Assembly (NCBI GenBank): GCA_951406725.2
Contig: OX597815.1
Location: forward strand, 121,334,001 to 121,398,000
Direction: 5' to 3'
DNA from: Octopus vulgaris
Taxonomy: Eukaryota
Length of the DNA: 64,000 nucleotides
Shown here: positions 1 through 11,834 of the stretch, in pieces
Layout of the letters: every line of letters starts with the position of its first letter
How positions within the stretch are numbered: position 1 is the first letter of the stretch
Made by a program: the position numbers and the translations under genes
Notes under the pieces: generated by a model
What the model was told of the DNA's origin: nothing
The model's input: only the letters and a program-made list of their open reading frames with translations
Databases searched by the model: none

Positions 1-501
1 AGGGAAATAAATGCTTGGTATAATTTTTTCCTTTTGTTTTTGATTTTATCTTTTTTTAAGTGAATGTATTTGTTTCCAGTTATAGTTGGCACGACTTTGT
101 TGAAGTGTCTGAATGAGACTAGAATAGTTTCATGTGTATTTGTTATTATGCACTTGTATCAATGAGAAGTGATTTAAAAAAAAAACACTGCTATGACAGT
201 TAATGTTGAGTAAACAAGAAATACCTCCCAAAGTTTTATTTAATAATTTGAGTGTGCTACCATTCCTGTTGTTGTTCTTATTTGACAAGTAAAGCTGATA
301 CATATAAAAACTATGGCTGACATAATGTTTAAAATATTACACACATGGCTGAGTGGTTAAGAAGTTCCATTTGAAATCACATGGCTTCAGGTTCAGTTCC
401 ACTACACACCACCTAAGGGAAGTGTCTTCAACTATAGCACCAGGCCAACCAATGCATTGTGACTGAAACTGATAGATGGAAATACATAGAGACCCATCAT
501 A

Positions 502-1245
502 TAGGGTGTGGTGAATAAACTGTCATCTAAATTATGCAAACATTAAAATAACAGTGATATCTCATTTTGAGTTATATTTACCAAAATTACATAAAAATAT
601 CTTGAAATACTAAAGAGTAAATTTGTTCAATAAAATCTCCATTGACTTCAACCATGACCTCCAGACGACTTTCGAATCTCATGCAATTCTTCTGGACAGT
701 CTACTTGTTTAAGTTGGTGAATGCTGCAATAATCTTTGCCTTCAGTTCATCTGTGGTGTTACAAGTTTTGTTGGTCTCTCACTGAACTGTGCCCTACACA
801 TAATAATCAAGGGGCTTGCATTCTGGGGAGTTAAGTGGCCAGATGTTAGGGATAATGGGGTCGCAGAAATTGTCTGACAGCCATGCCTGGGTTCTCCTGT
901 TTATGTGGCATGGTGCAAAGTCCTGTTGCCAGACGCAGGGCCTTCCAGCAGTCACCCTCTTGACTCAGGGCAGCACTACCTCCTCTAGACACTTGATGTA
1001 GGCCTCTATATTGAGTATGAGGCTATGTGGGAAGAGGAATGGAGGCATAACATCCAGTCCAAACACCGTGATGTTGACTGGATGTTTGATTTTTATCACT
1101 CTCAGTACATGTTCTTAGATTGCATTGTCCTCCGATTGACACCCAGACATTCTGAAATGTTCATACTGGAGCTTCCAGCGTCAATTCCAAGCAGAACAGC
1201 ATGATTAAAAATATAAAATGCCGACAATTTACCTATCGCACCCTG
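502..1245 (-). mobile_element. Internally deleted Tc1/mariner DNA transposon with a decayed transposase C-terminus
   Basis: Imperfect TIRs tagggtgtggtgaataaactgtca (502) and reverse complement cagggtgcgataggtaaattgtcg (ending 1245), flanked by TA. The minus strand near 780-840 reads WPLNSPECKPLDYYV*GTV, matching the Tc1/mariner WPPxSPDLNPLDY motif. Confidence 0.8.
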
Positions 1246-1259
1246 TATATATGTGTGTG

Positions 1260-1296
<37 letters not shown>

Positions 1297-1331
1297 AAAT
1301 ATTTGTGTGTATGTGAGAGAAAGCGTGTGTG

Positions 1332-1390
<59 letters not shown>

Positions 1391-1411
1391 CAACTGGTGG
1401 ACAGGTGTCAG

Positions 1412-1496
1412 TTAATTACAGCCGTTTCTAACGAATTTTTTAATAGATCAATGAGTACATTATATCAATATAAAAAAGCCTTTTCTTCAGATGAAT
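1412..1496 (-). ncRNA. Degenerate type I hammerhead ribozyme at the 3' end of a PLE remnant
   Basis: Minus strand: ttcat-CTGAAGA-(~55 nt stem II region)-GAAACGGCTGTA-attaa. Stem III is near-palindromic (ACGGCTGT) and stem I ttcat/attaa pairs at 4 of 5 positions. Confidence 0.6.
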
Positions 1497-1511
1497 ACAT
1501 GTATTTTGCAA

Positions 1512-2645
1512 TCAAGGACATTTAAAAAAAAATTTAATCCATGGCACATACATATTTAGTGAATCCACGACTAGCCCTTGTAGGTACATCCCCTTTAAGT
1601 GATTAGCATAAGTCGGAGCAACTTTTGTCCTCACTGCAATCCCATTGCCATTGAAGTAAAAAGAATGGTTTTCCAGAATAAATTTTAATCCTTCAGCAAT
1701 GAAAATCTTTTCAGTTCTATCTGGAATTTCGTGAGGTAATTTCTGAGGCCAGAAAGTTATTGCCTCTAGTCTATATTGGCATGGGATTGTGGTAGAGAGG
1801 TTTACCACATCAAAAGATACAATAGTGGTATCATTGTTTATCGATTTTGGGAGGTAGTTTAACAGGTCCAGGTTGTCGCTTATGAGACTTGTATGTATTT
1901 TAAAATAGGTTTCAGTAATATATCTAAAAAGTTACCGAGTCTGTGTGTTTCACAGTTCAGGCTTGCTATGATTGGTCTAAATTTAAGGTCAATGCAACAT
2001 TGTATGTTTATGCAACTTGAAGTTGGTTCTTTACATGCATTCATAACAGTTTGATTCTTTTAAGAGACTGTAGAAGTAGCTTGTCTTGCAATCAAAATGA
2101 GTTAGGTAGTCACATGCTTTGTTTGTTAAACCACCTTTTTGATGTCTGTGAATGAGTGTGTCCATTTTAATCATTATCTTTGATATTTGGTAATTATGTA
2201 CCTTTTCATTGCGGGTCATATCTTGTAATATAGATAGTATATCTCCTTGTAGTGTTCAGTATCCACAATAACTATAACACTCCCCTTATCTGCTTCCTTA
2301 ATTATAATGTCTTTATAGATTTTCAGTTCATGTATAATATCCCATTCCTTTCAACTGATATTGTGCTTGATTTAAGGGTGTGGAAGTTCTTTGTAAGTGA
2401 AGGTAGATATAAAATCGCAAAATTTATCTAAAGCTTTATTCTTACCTTTTGTAGAATTGTATTTGCTCTTGTTTCTTACAATTGGTTCGTCCCTGTTTTC
2501 TTTATCATACAATTCCTCTGTTAGGTGTAGTTTTCTGCAGAACTGTGAAATATCATTTGGTATTTCATTGAAGTTAGGGTGCTGTAGTGCTGGGATAAAT
2601 TTTAGGCCTTTTGACAGTCAATCGTATCAGCCTTCACTTGTGATG
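1512..2645 (-). mobile_element. Penelope-like element reverse transcriptase remnant (pseudogenised)
   Basis: ORFs 1512-1808 and 2031-2219 plus flanks give SFDVVNLSTTIP, FILENHSFYFNG and GIAVRTKVAPTYAN (PLE GxAMGTKxAPxYAN motif), and ADKG and RPII-like motifs upstream. Many stops and frameshifts. Confidence 0.8.
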
Positions 2646-3248
2646 TGAAACATTGTCACTTGATACTAACTCATGGATGCAGCAGGAAACTTACAAAAAT
2701 TTCTATGACCAGTCATGTGACTATCCTCTACCAATCAAACCCTATTCAAAACATATACTAATTTGAGCCTTGAACTCCCTATAAATATAAGGCAAGCTTC
2801 AAACACTAATCACAGCAAAAAAGCTGCAACATAAAGTACATCTTTCTATTTCAAATATTTGAAAATCAGTGTAAACTGTGAAACAGGTTAAATCTTTAAA
2901 TATAATAATGAAAAATATTTTAAATATTCTCTGTGCATTTTCAACTTCTATATTTCTTTTATTTCTATCCATATGGAATAAAATAACTTGAAGGCACACT
3001 GGTAAAATGTTGCTCCTCTACTTGGAAACTTTACCTGTCATTGTGGTTTTGTGACGTGAAGCAAAGCAGGCCTTACCATCCACTCAAGGAAACACATAGT
3101 AAATGATCCACAAGCACTTGAGCCAACTGAGTCCTCAACTTGTTTTCTTTGCCAAAAGGTTTGCAAGGCACCAGAAGGCCTCAAGAGACATGTGCATGTC
3201 CATAGAAAATGATTACTGCTTTATTTGTCATTCACAAAAGAATCCATC

Positions 3249-3307
<59 letters not shown>

Positions 3308-3436
3308 ATGTATGTATGTATGTATGTATGTATGTATGTATGTATGTATGTATGTATGTATGTATGTATGTATGTGTGTATGTATGTAATGTATGTATGT
3401 TGTGTGTGTCTGTGTGTGTGTATTTGCATGGGTGTG

Positions 3437-3597
3437 TAATAAATAAAGGGGGGAAATTGCACCAGCAAATGCTAAAAATAAGAGACAAAATTAAATCTGA
3501 AAGCCACAAGAACACTAACCTTTTTATGGCTTTCAGAGTTAATTTTGACTCTTATTTTTAGCAATCACTGGTGCTATTTTGCAACCTTTATTTATTA
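3437..3597. repeat. Foldback inverted repeat (~75 bp arms, short loop)
   Basis: gctaaaaataagagacaaaattaaatctgaaagccac...tggctttcagagttaattttgactcttatttttagc, extending outward to aataaataaagg / cctttatttatt. Confidence 0.8.
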
Positions 3598-4249
3598 ATT
3601 CCTTTTTGGTTTTTAATTGCTAGTGAGCCACTTATACTACAATGTGTTTAATATGCTTTAATATATTAATATATCATTGTAGTATCTTTTTGTGTTGATT
3701 ATGTTGTCTGCACCACCTGTCTTCGTCTTTTGATTTTTTGTGAATTCTTCCCCATATATATTTAATGTTGACTGTTGAAAGAAAGAGTACTTGATACCAT
3801 TGGAGAGAGTAATTATATTTCATTTTGGTCCATCCTGTCTCTTACTAGTCTGACCTTGTGCAGCCACAAGCAAAGCTCAGAGTAGCAAGAATCTGAATCA
3901 ATCAAACAGAATATTGTGTGTGTGCATGTTTTCGTGTTTGTACCTTGCCACTGCTTGACAACTGGTGTTGGTTTATTTACATTCCCATAATTTAGATTTA
4001 AAAAATAAATACTGGAGTTGGATTGTTTGACTAAAGCCTCCAAAGAAGTACCCCAACATGGCTGCAGTCCAGTGACTGAAACAAATAAAAAAACAATAAA
4101 AGACAAAAAATATACAAATTTCTGCATAGTTCATAGATTCAAACATTGAAAGAGGATTATGTACAACATGCTAGTTTCCACATAAAACATCATCATCTGG
4201 TGTATAGACTCTAATGTTTAGTTGTGGCTTCTCATCAATATTGGATTCA

Positions 4250-4450
4250 AATTTTCACACAAGACCAGCAATGTAGAGTAAATCAATTACATCGACCCCA
4301 GTGCATAACTGGTACTTATTTTATCGACCCCCAAAAGGATGGAAGGGTAATATCAACCTTGACAGAAATTGAACTCAGAATATAAAGACAGATGAAATGC
4401 CACCAAGCATTTTGTCCAATGGGGCAACGATTCTTTAGCTTGCCACCTTT
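4250..4450 (-). mobile_element. tRNA-derived SINE family B (representative; other copies at ~14710, 15725, 16430, 18360, 31940, 32224, 32495, 48696, 50000, 52908)
   Basis: Recurrent consensus ggcgagctggcagaatcgttagc...gagttcaaattccgccgaggtcgactttgcctttcatcctttcggggtcgataaattaagtaccag, with A- and B-box-like motifs. Confidence 0.85.
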
Positions 4451-5659
4451 GTAATAATAGTAATAATGGTTTAAAATTTTGGGCACAAAGCCAGCAATTT
4501 GGGAGGGAGTAAGTCGATTGCACTGATTTTATCGACCCTCAAAAGGATGGAAGGCAACATCAACCTTGACAGAATTTGGGCTCAGAACATAGACAGACAA
4601 AATGCTGCTAAGCATTTAGTCCAGTATACTAACAGTTCTGCCAAACCGCTGCCTTGCTTCTCATCAATATTAAAAGAAGAGTCATAAGGAGTCCATGCAT
4701 CAAAAGTACTATTTTTATCTTCATATTTTGTTAAGTTTTCATGTAATTCATCATCATTTTACATTTTAGTTGGGCAAGGTGCAAGATCTCTAAAATTTAC
4801 TGCATCTTTTCACCCACCATTGAATATAATAGATGCATAATATGGATTGGAATCAACTAGCTGATGTATTTGAACCACAGGATCTGTATTGAAATTGCGA
4901 AGCATGTTCTCACAAAATTAATCCTACTTCAGTCAGATTATATTCAAACAGGGATGGTTTCGCTATCTTGTTGTACATCATTATGAAAGAAAGAATCTTT
5001 TATTTGGTGTGCAGTCAATTATTATTGATAAGTGACCTCTTTAAATATAAAAGCTTTTAATCTGACTCCCTCTTGGATATATGAAGATTTGTAAGTCTTC
5101 AAAGCTAATTGTATAGCTTTCCACAGTCTAACATTATGTCATTTACATAGGCAATTCCTCTGTGGATTGTATGGATTATTGCAAGCTACAATGTATTCCC
5201 AAGTTTAATTAAAAAATTTAAGACTTCCAAAGACATAACTGAGATTCTTGGAAACTATGTACATAAGATGGAGTTCTAATTACCAAGTCACTGAGTCAGT
5301 AATTTAATCAGTATAGCAGCATTGCTTTCTGGGCATATGCAAATGTGAATCGTGAGTACTCATGAATAATGATAAAAATGCACTTATTATACAGGATTTC
5401 TTTTACATCATGAAGTCAATACAGTATCTCTCCTGTTATTGAGTAGCATAAAACTGTGGTTTAATATAGACAGAATCTTTACAAGTGGTACACACCTTCA
5501 TTTCATGATCTATGCTGAAACATAAATCTTTAGATTTCATATAGTGATAAAACCAGTAGGCAATAATAAGACTGGTTCGTGAATTTCCTCCTCCTCCTCC
5601 TTCTCATCATCATCATCGTCGTCGTCGTCATCGTCGTCATCATCACCACCACCACCACC

Positions 5660-5704
<45 letters not shown>

Positions 5705-5770
5705 GTCTTGTGAGTGGATTTGGTACACAGAAACTAAAAGAAGCCTGTTGCATATATATATATATATGAG

Positions 5771-6450
5771 CATATTTGCCAGTTAAATGTGACTAACCCT
5801 TAAGGGTGGACGCTACTGTATCTTTTAGCCCCAGGAAGACACCTCCTCTACCTGGCTATTGACACACTTTCTGTGCCCTATCAGTATTTGGAAAGGGAAG
5901 TCATCCTTCCCATCTTCAAACTGACGTGATACACACAGACCTGGGTTTCTGGATATTGACCCGTCATCAGCATTTGGCAATCATCGGTTGTTGATGTAAA
6001 GTGCTTTCCCGATGCAAATACATATATCCTTTTTCCAGTGACAATGTCATGCAGCTACTGTGTATACCTCGCTCAGAGATTTATTATTGCTTGTTTACAC
6101 TTTTTCGAGATCAGTGACTTTTCATCACTAGAAGAAGGATATATGTATTTGTATCGGGAAAGCACTTCACATCAACAACCGGTGATTGTCACATGCTGGT
6201 GATTGTCAATACTCAGAAACCCGGGTTCGTATGTATCACATCAGGTTGAAGATGGGAAGGATGACTTCCCTTTCCAAATACTGCTAGGGCACAGAAAGTG
6301 TGTCAATAGCCAGTTGGAGGAGGTGTCTTCCTGGGGATACAAACTACAGTAACATCCAACCTTAGGGGTTAGCCACATGTAAGTGGCAAATATACTTCAT
6401 GATGTTGTACAGCTACTGTGTGTACCTCACTCAGAGATTTATTATTGCTT
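5771..6450 (+). mobile_element. Non-coding HHR-bearing retrozyme-like element (~360 nt unit plus 5' inverted copy)
   Basis: 5771-6040 is the reverse complement of 6126-6395. cagctactgtgt..cagagatttattattgctt recurs at ~6052 and ~6410. HHR motifs lie at 5933-5975 (-) and 6191-6232 (+). Flanked by (TA)n inside a SINE. Confidence 0.8.
5933..5975 (-). ncRNA. Minimal type I hammerhead ribozyme
   Basis: aaatg-CTGATGA-cgggtcaatatcca-GAAACCCAGGTC-tgtgt. The partner copy at 6191-6232 has the palindromic stem III ACCCGGGT but CTGGTGA in the core. Confidence 0.75.
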
Positions 6451-7319
6451 ATATATATGTTTGTGTGTCTGTGTTTGCCCCACCTCCATCACTTGACAAC
6501 CGATGTTGGCATGTTTATGTCCCCATAACTTAGCAGTTTGGCAAAAGAGACCGATGGAATAAGTACTAGGCTTACAAAGAACGAGTCCTGAGGTCGATTT
6601 TCTTGAATAAAAGGTGGTGCTCAAGCATGGCCACAATCAGATGACGGAAACAAATAAAAAAAAAAAAGAAAAAGAATGTTTAGTGTTGGAAACAAGATCA
6701 TAGTTTCTTGATCTGTTCATTGTTAAAAAGGTTTGGAAGTGAACTACTGCCTCCTCTTTCTGGGATTTTCAATTCCAGCTAAGGTTTCTTGTTCAATTGA
6801 GGGAGGTTTATGATTATGAGCAATTAATCAACATCATCATCATCATCATCATCATCATCGTTTAACATCTGCCTTTCATGCTAGCATGAGTGGGATGGTT
6901 TCACAAGAGCCGGCCAGGCCAAAGCCTACTCTAAACTTCTGTGACTGTTTGGCAGGATTTTTACTACTGGATGCTCTTCCTAACACCAACCACTCAGCAG
7001 AGTAGACTTAGTACTTTTTACATGGCACAAGCACAGGCAAGGTCAGTTTTGACAAGTTTTTTACAGCTGGATGCCCTTCTGAACACCAACAACTTTACAA
7101 TGTGGACTACATGCTTTCAAGTGGCACCTGCACTGACAGGGTCACCAAGTACTTGCAAGACAAAAAAAAAGAAATTTTCAAGAGGGGAAAATTAGCTATA
7201 GTGCAGGCATAATTGTGTAATCAAGAAGCTTGCTTACCAACCACATTTTCTGCTTTATCTCTCTTGTGTAGCACCTTGGACAAGTGTCATTACCATAATC
7301 TCCATAATCTCTTGTGAAT

Positions 7320-7650
7320 CGACTGGCTTCCGTGCCGGTGGCACGTAAAAACCACCATCCGAATCATGGCCGATGCCAGTGCCACCTTGACTGGCTTCCG
7401 TGCCGGTGGCATGTAAAATGCACCAATCCGACCATGGCTGTTACCAGCCTCGCCTGGAACCTGTGCAGGTGGCACGTAAAAAGCACCCACTACACTCACG
7501 GAGTGGTTGGCGTTAGGAAGGGCATCCAGCTGTAGAAACACTGCCAGATCAGACTGGAGCCTGGTGCAGCCTTCTGGCTTCCCAGATCCCCGGTCAAACC
7601 ATCCAACCCATGCTAGCATGGAGAACGGACGTTAAACGATGATGATGATG
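7320..7650 (+). mobile_element. SINE or LINE-tail family C with internal ~55 bp tandem units and a (GAT)n tail (other copies at ~24900, 25330, 26620, 51960, 52395)
   Basis: Recurrent gtggttggcgttaggaagggcatccagctgtagaaac...aacccatgctagcatggaaagcggacgttaaacgatgatgat. The same sequence follows the RTE-like ORF end near 24800. Confidence 0.8.
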
Positions 7651-8649
7651 AGGTATGCATATATGGGTACAGGACATCACAAAACGTAAACAACATGAAA
7701 TACAAAGACAAACTTGGGTATGCGAACAACATGAGAAGCAATTGGAAAACAAGACAAGTAACATAAAAAACGACCCTTCATTAGTTGTCAGCTGTCCATC
7801 TACTTCTACTCGTCATTTGGAGCAATTATCAACAACAAGGCTTCAAAAAGGCAGTTGCTCCTGCAAACCAAAATATGATTTGGGATTTGCAGAGAGTCAA
7901 AGTGGTAACAAAAACAGGACAATGGAGACATACAACAAACCAAACAAAAACAAACATGGAGGGACGAGGTAAGGTAGCGAATGCTGGAGGAATATTGTCT
8001 TTGACAAGAGAAAAGATAGAAGAGTGTATATGTTTGTTGTCTGTGTTTGTCCACCAGCACTACTTGACAATCAATGCTGGTGTGTTTACGCCCCCATAAC
8101 TTAGTGATTCAGCAAAAGAGACTGGTAGAATAAGTACTAGGCTTACAAAGAATAAGTCCTGGGGTCAATTTGCTTGACTAAAGGCAGTGCTCCAGCATGG
8201 CTGCAGTCAAATGACTGAAACAGATAAAAGAAAGAAAAAAATATATTGTACGTAGGCATATGAGTGCATGCGTGTATATGTGTATGTGCGTGTAAATGCA
8301 TGTGTATATTTGTATGTGTTTGCGTGTGTGTGTGTGTGTGTGCGTGTGTTCGTCCGTCCCATGTCTTGGCATCACGTGATGGTTGTAAATGAGCATCAGT
8401 GTCATACAATAAATGTTATTCGTTTCCAATCCTTTGCAAAAGGCATGTCGAAACGGAGGAAAATATTACCTTACTTAAAAAGACATGTGAGAATGGGTAA
8501 CAGAAAAGGCATCCAGCTTGTAGACAATCTGACTCAAAAAATTCTGTCTGACTTCTGCAAATATGAAAACGTAAACATTGAACATTAAAACGATGATGAT
8601 AACAATGACAACAACGACAACAACGATTGGTGTTGATGATGGCAATGAT

Positions 8650-8887
8650 GATGGCGGCGGTGGTGGTGGTGGTGGTGGTGGTGGTGGCGGTGTCGGTGGC
8701 TGTGGCGGCGGCAGCGGCGGTGGCGGTGGCGGCCATAGCGGCGGCGGCGGCCATAGCGGTGGCGGCGGCGGCGGTAGCGGCGGCGGCGGTAGCGGCGGCG
8801 GCGGTAGCGGCGGCGGCGGTAGCGGCGGCGGCGGTAGCGGCGGCGGCGGTAGCGGCGGCGGCGGTAGCGGCGGCGGCGGCGGCGGCA

Positions 8888-8934
<47 letters not shown>

Positions 8935-9012
8935 AGCGGCGGCGGCGGCGGCGGTGGCGGCAGCGGCGGTGGCGGCGGCGGTGGAAGTGGTGATTGTGGT
9001 GGTAGCGGCGGT
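8650..9012. repeat. GC-rich (GGC)n / (GGCGGCGGCGGTAGC)n microsatellite
   Basis: Direct reading. It follows the (GAT/ACA)n tail of a SINE. Confidence 0.95.
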
Positions 9013-9869
9013 AATGATTTCACAGCAATATATCAGATATGACCATCTTAAAGGTATCAGTTTGAAGTAGAAATATTTCACACTTGACAAGTATTCTAAG
9101 TGTAGCTTAAAGAGCACAAGATTTGAGACTATAAAAATCACAGTTTTGTGATTGTATTAAAGAGAAATAAGAAATTGATAAAAGAGGCTTTACTTTACCT
9201 GAATAATGTGAATTCCACCTGGAATAGCATGAGAACATTTCCAGCAGCTTTTGAAGTGAGATTTTATTATTAAGGGAAGAATTCCTTAATACTTCTAACC
9301 TTTCTTGATCTGGCTTTAAAGTTCCATAAAGAATTTTATATCCCAGAATATGAATGGTTTGTACAGTTCATACACATATATATGATGTATATATGTACGT
9401 ATGTATGTATGTATATATGTATGTATGTATGTATGTGAATGTGTGTATGTATGTATGTATGTATGTATGTATGTATGTATGTATGTATGCAAGTGTGCAA
9501 GTACAAATATATGTACATATGTATATATGTATTTATGTATGTATTTATGTGTGTGTATGTATTTATATGTGTGTGTGTGTGTGTATAAATCATCATCATT
9601 ATTAATGTCTGTGGATGGTTCAGCAGGACTTAGAGACCTAAAGGCCTGTATCATGAGCTCCGAATGTAAGGGATTAGTAATATGGGCAAAATAATTCTTA
9701 AGCTCTTTGCCAATACAAATACACGAGGCTAACAAAAGGTTTAGGGATTGACATTAAATTTCAGGTAATCTGAAAGTGAAATCTGAATTTGAAATACATA
9801 ACCTGTAGATTTTGTAAATCCATGGTTGCATTACTGAGTTAACTTGGTATGTTTTCACAGAGTGGCATA

Positions 9870-10090
9870 TAAAAAAAGAGATACAGATAATGGGCTTTAT
9901 AGATTTATTTGTGCATTGTAGACTTACAGCTGTTTCTGATTTATATTTTAGGTGCATTCATGATTCAGTTTCTTCAATTGGTCAATTGAAAATGTAGAGA
10001 ATGCTCTTTAAAATGCATATCAGAAACAGCTGTAAGCCTACAATGCCCAAATAGATATATAAAGCAGATTATTTATACCTTTTCTTTAAG
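9870..10090. repeat. Foldback inverted repeat with an HHR 3' half (GAAACAGCTGTA) in both arms
   Basis: gcattgtagacttacagctgtttctgat (~9913) versus atcagaaacagctgtaagcctacaatgc (~10019). Central palindrome ttcaattggtcaattgaa. Confidence 0.75.
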
Positions 10091-10147
10091 ATATATATAT
10101 ATATGTATATATTAGAAGGTTTAGAGGTGATGTACAGGTATTATATA

Positions 10148-10380
10148 TTAGAAGAAATAAGGTACTCAGAAATCTGGATGGTTTTATATTTACAGATTTT
10201 TATTAATATGTCACATGTTTTTTATAAATCATATATTAACACTTGCATCTACTCTAGTGGAATCTGGAGAGTCTACTAGAGTAGATGCAAGCGCTAATAT
10301 AAGATTTATAAAAACATGTGACATATCAATAAAAATCTGTAAATATAAAACCATCCATATTTCTGAGTACCTTATTTCTT

Positions 10381-10385
<5 letters not shown>
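10148..10385 (+). mobile_element. Foldback element with ~110 bp arms centred on a degenerate minimal HHR
   Basis: Near-perfect palindrome between TA-rich flanks. The centre (10262-10298) reads at-CTGGAGA-gtctac taga gtagat-GCAA-GCGC-TA-at. Confidence 0.7.
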
Positions 10386-10417
<32 letters not shown>

Positions 10418-10465
10418 GTTTATCACTATGTGTCATAAGATTCCTGATGTGAAATCGTATGTTGA

Positions 10466-11688
10466 AATAGATGCTGCTGCATTTCAGGATAGTCATTTTT
10501 TCTTTCGCCAAAGAAACAAATGCACTATATATTTGTTCTTCACTTGTTTATTACTGTTCTTATTTTAACTCATGTTTATCGCCTGGAAATCTTTCGTCAC
10601 ACATCTGTGACCTCTTCAGCAACACTTTTCGTTTTTGTGTGTGCTCATACTCCACTTATTTCATTCTGCTCTTCTATGATGTGTATCCTTATGTGTGCAT
10701 GCATTTCTGTCTGTGTTTGTGTGTGCATGTGTGTGTGTGTGTGTGTGTGTATGCTTGTGTGTGTATCATTGTTCTTAGCAGTGTTTGTGTGTTCACCCAC
10801 AGTGTTGCCATCATAGTAGTTGTTGTTGTTATTGCCATCATTGTCACTGATGCTACTGCTGTTGCTGTTAGTCATGATATTTTTGCGGCCGTCCATAATG
10901 TCATTGTGTATGTGTTTGTGTGTGTTCACTTTGTATGTTGCTTGTATCCACGCCCTTCATATAGATATATTTATTTATTTATTTTGCCTATATTTCTTAT
11001 ATTTGTCACAGGTATGTGACAAATATATTTATCAATTTATTTATTTTTGCTTGTTTTTTATTTTTTTATTTTTTTATATTTATTTATCACTTTTTCTTAT
11101 ATATTTCACAGATATGTGCATATATGTCTATTGTGTGTGTATTATCCTGTTTGTATCTGTGTTTTATCTATAATTATTTTTCTTTTCTCTCTCTCTTCTT
11201 CTCCCTTCTATCTTTAGTCATGTGGTCTGGTGAGGTGATTGGTGCTGCTATTCCATTCATGTTTTCTATTTAGGCTCAGTCTGTCTACTGCTATGTGTGT
11301 AACTTCTGTGATCTAAGTGACATGTCAGTTCTATATAATGATAGGACAGCAACAGCACAGTGGAGTGAGGGGAAGGCCATACTGTTGCTAAGAACAATGA
11401 CACACACACAAGTATACACACATGCACACACACAAACACAGATGCAAACACATGTGCACATAAGGATACACATCATTGAGGAGCAAACGGGAGTAAGTGA
11501 AGCAAGAGCACGCATGAAAACAACAAGTGTTGCTGAAGAGATCACAGATGTGTGATGAAAGATTTCTGGGCAATGGACATGAGTTAAAATAAGAATAATA
11601 ATAGACAAGAGAAGGACAAATATATAGTGCATTTATTTATTTGACAAAAGAAAAAAACGACCATCCCAAAATACAACTGCATATATAG
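10466..11688. mobile_element. Older HHR-bearing non-coding element with ~320 bp diverged inverted arms
   Basis: ~10466-10800 is approximately the reverse complement of ~11375-11688. HHR motifs lie at 10581-10625 (-) and 11527-11570 (+). Confidence 0.75.
10581..10625 (-). ncRNA. Minimal type I hammerhead ribozyme
   Basis: gtgttg-CTGAAGA-g-GTCACA gatg TGTGAC-GAAA-GATT-TC-cag. The core is intact and stem II is a perfect 6 bp. Confidence 0.75.
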
Positions 11689-11691
11689 ATA

Positions 11692-11722
<31 letters not shown>

Positions 11723-11737
11723 CGATATGTATGTATG

Positions 11738-11786
<49 letters not shown>

Positions 11787-11834
11787 GTATATACATATAT
11801 CTATCTATATATATATAGAGATAGATACAGGCAG

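Noticed and set aside
7655-8020. Possible HHR on the minus strand (CTAATGA; gagcaa/ttgctc stem)
   Set aside because: The core boxes are not in a consistent order and no GAAA could be placed.
8416-9141. ORFs encoding poly-Ala, poly-Pro or (GGGGS)n, resembling a synthetic linker or Gly-rich protein
   Set aside because: They are translations of a GGC-based microsatellite continuous with a SINE tail, with no unique coding context.
9195-9320. Possible minus-strand exon ending in CAG|GTAAAG
   Set aside because: Short, weak acceptor and no recognisable protein.
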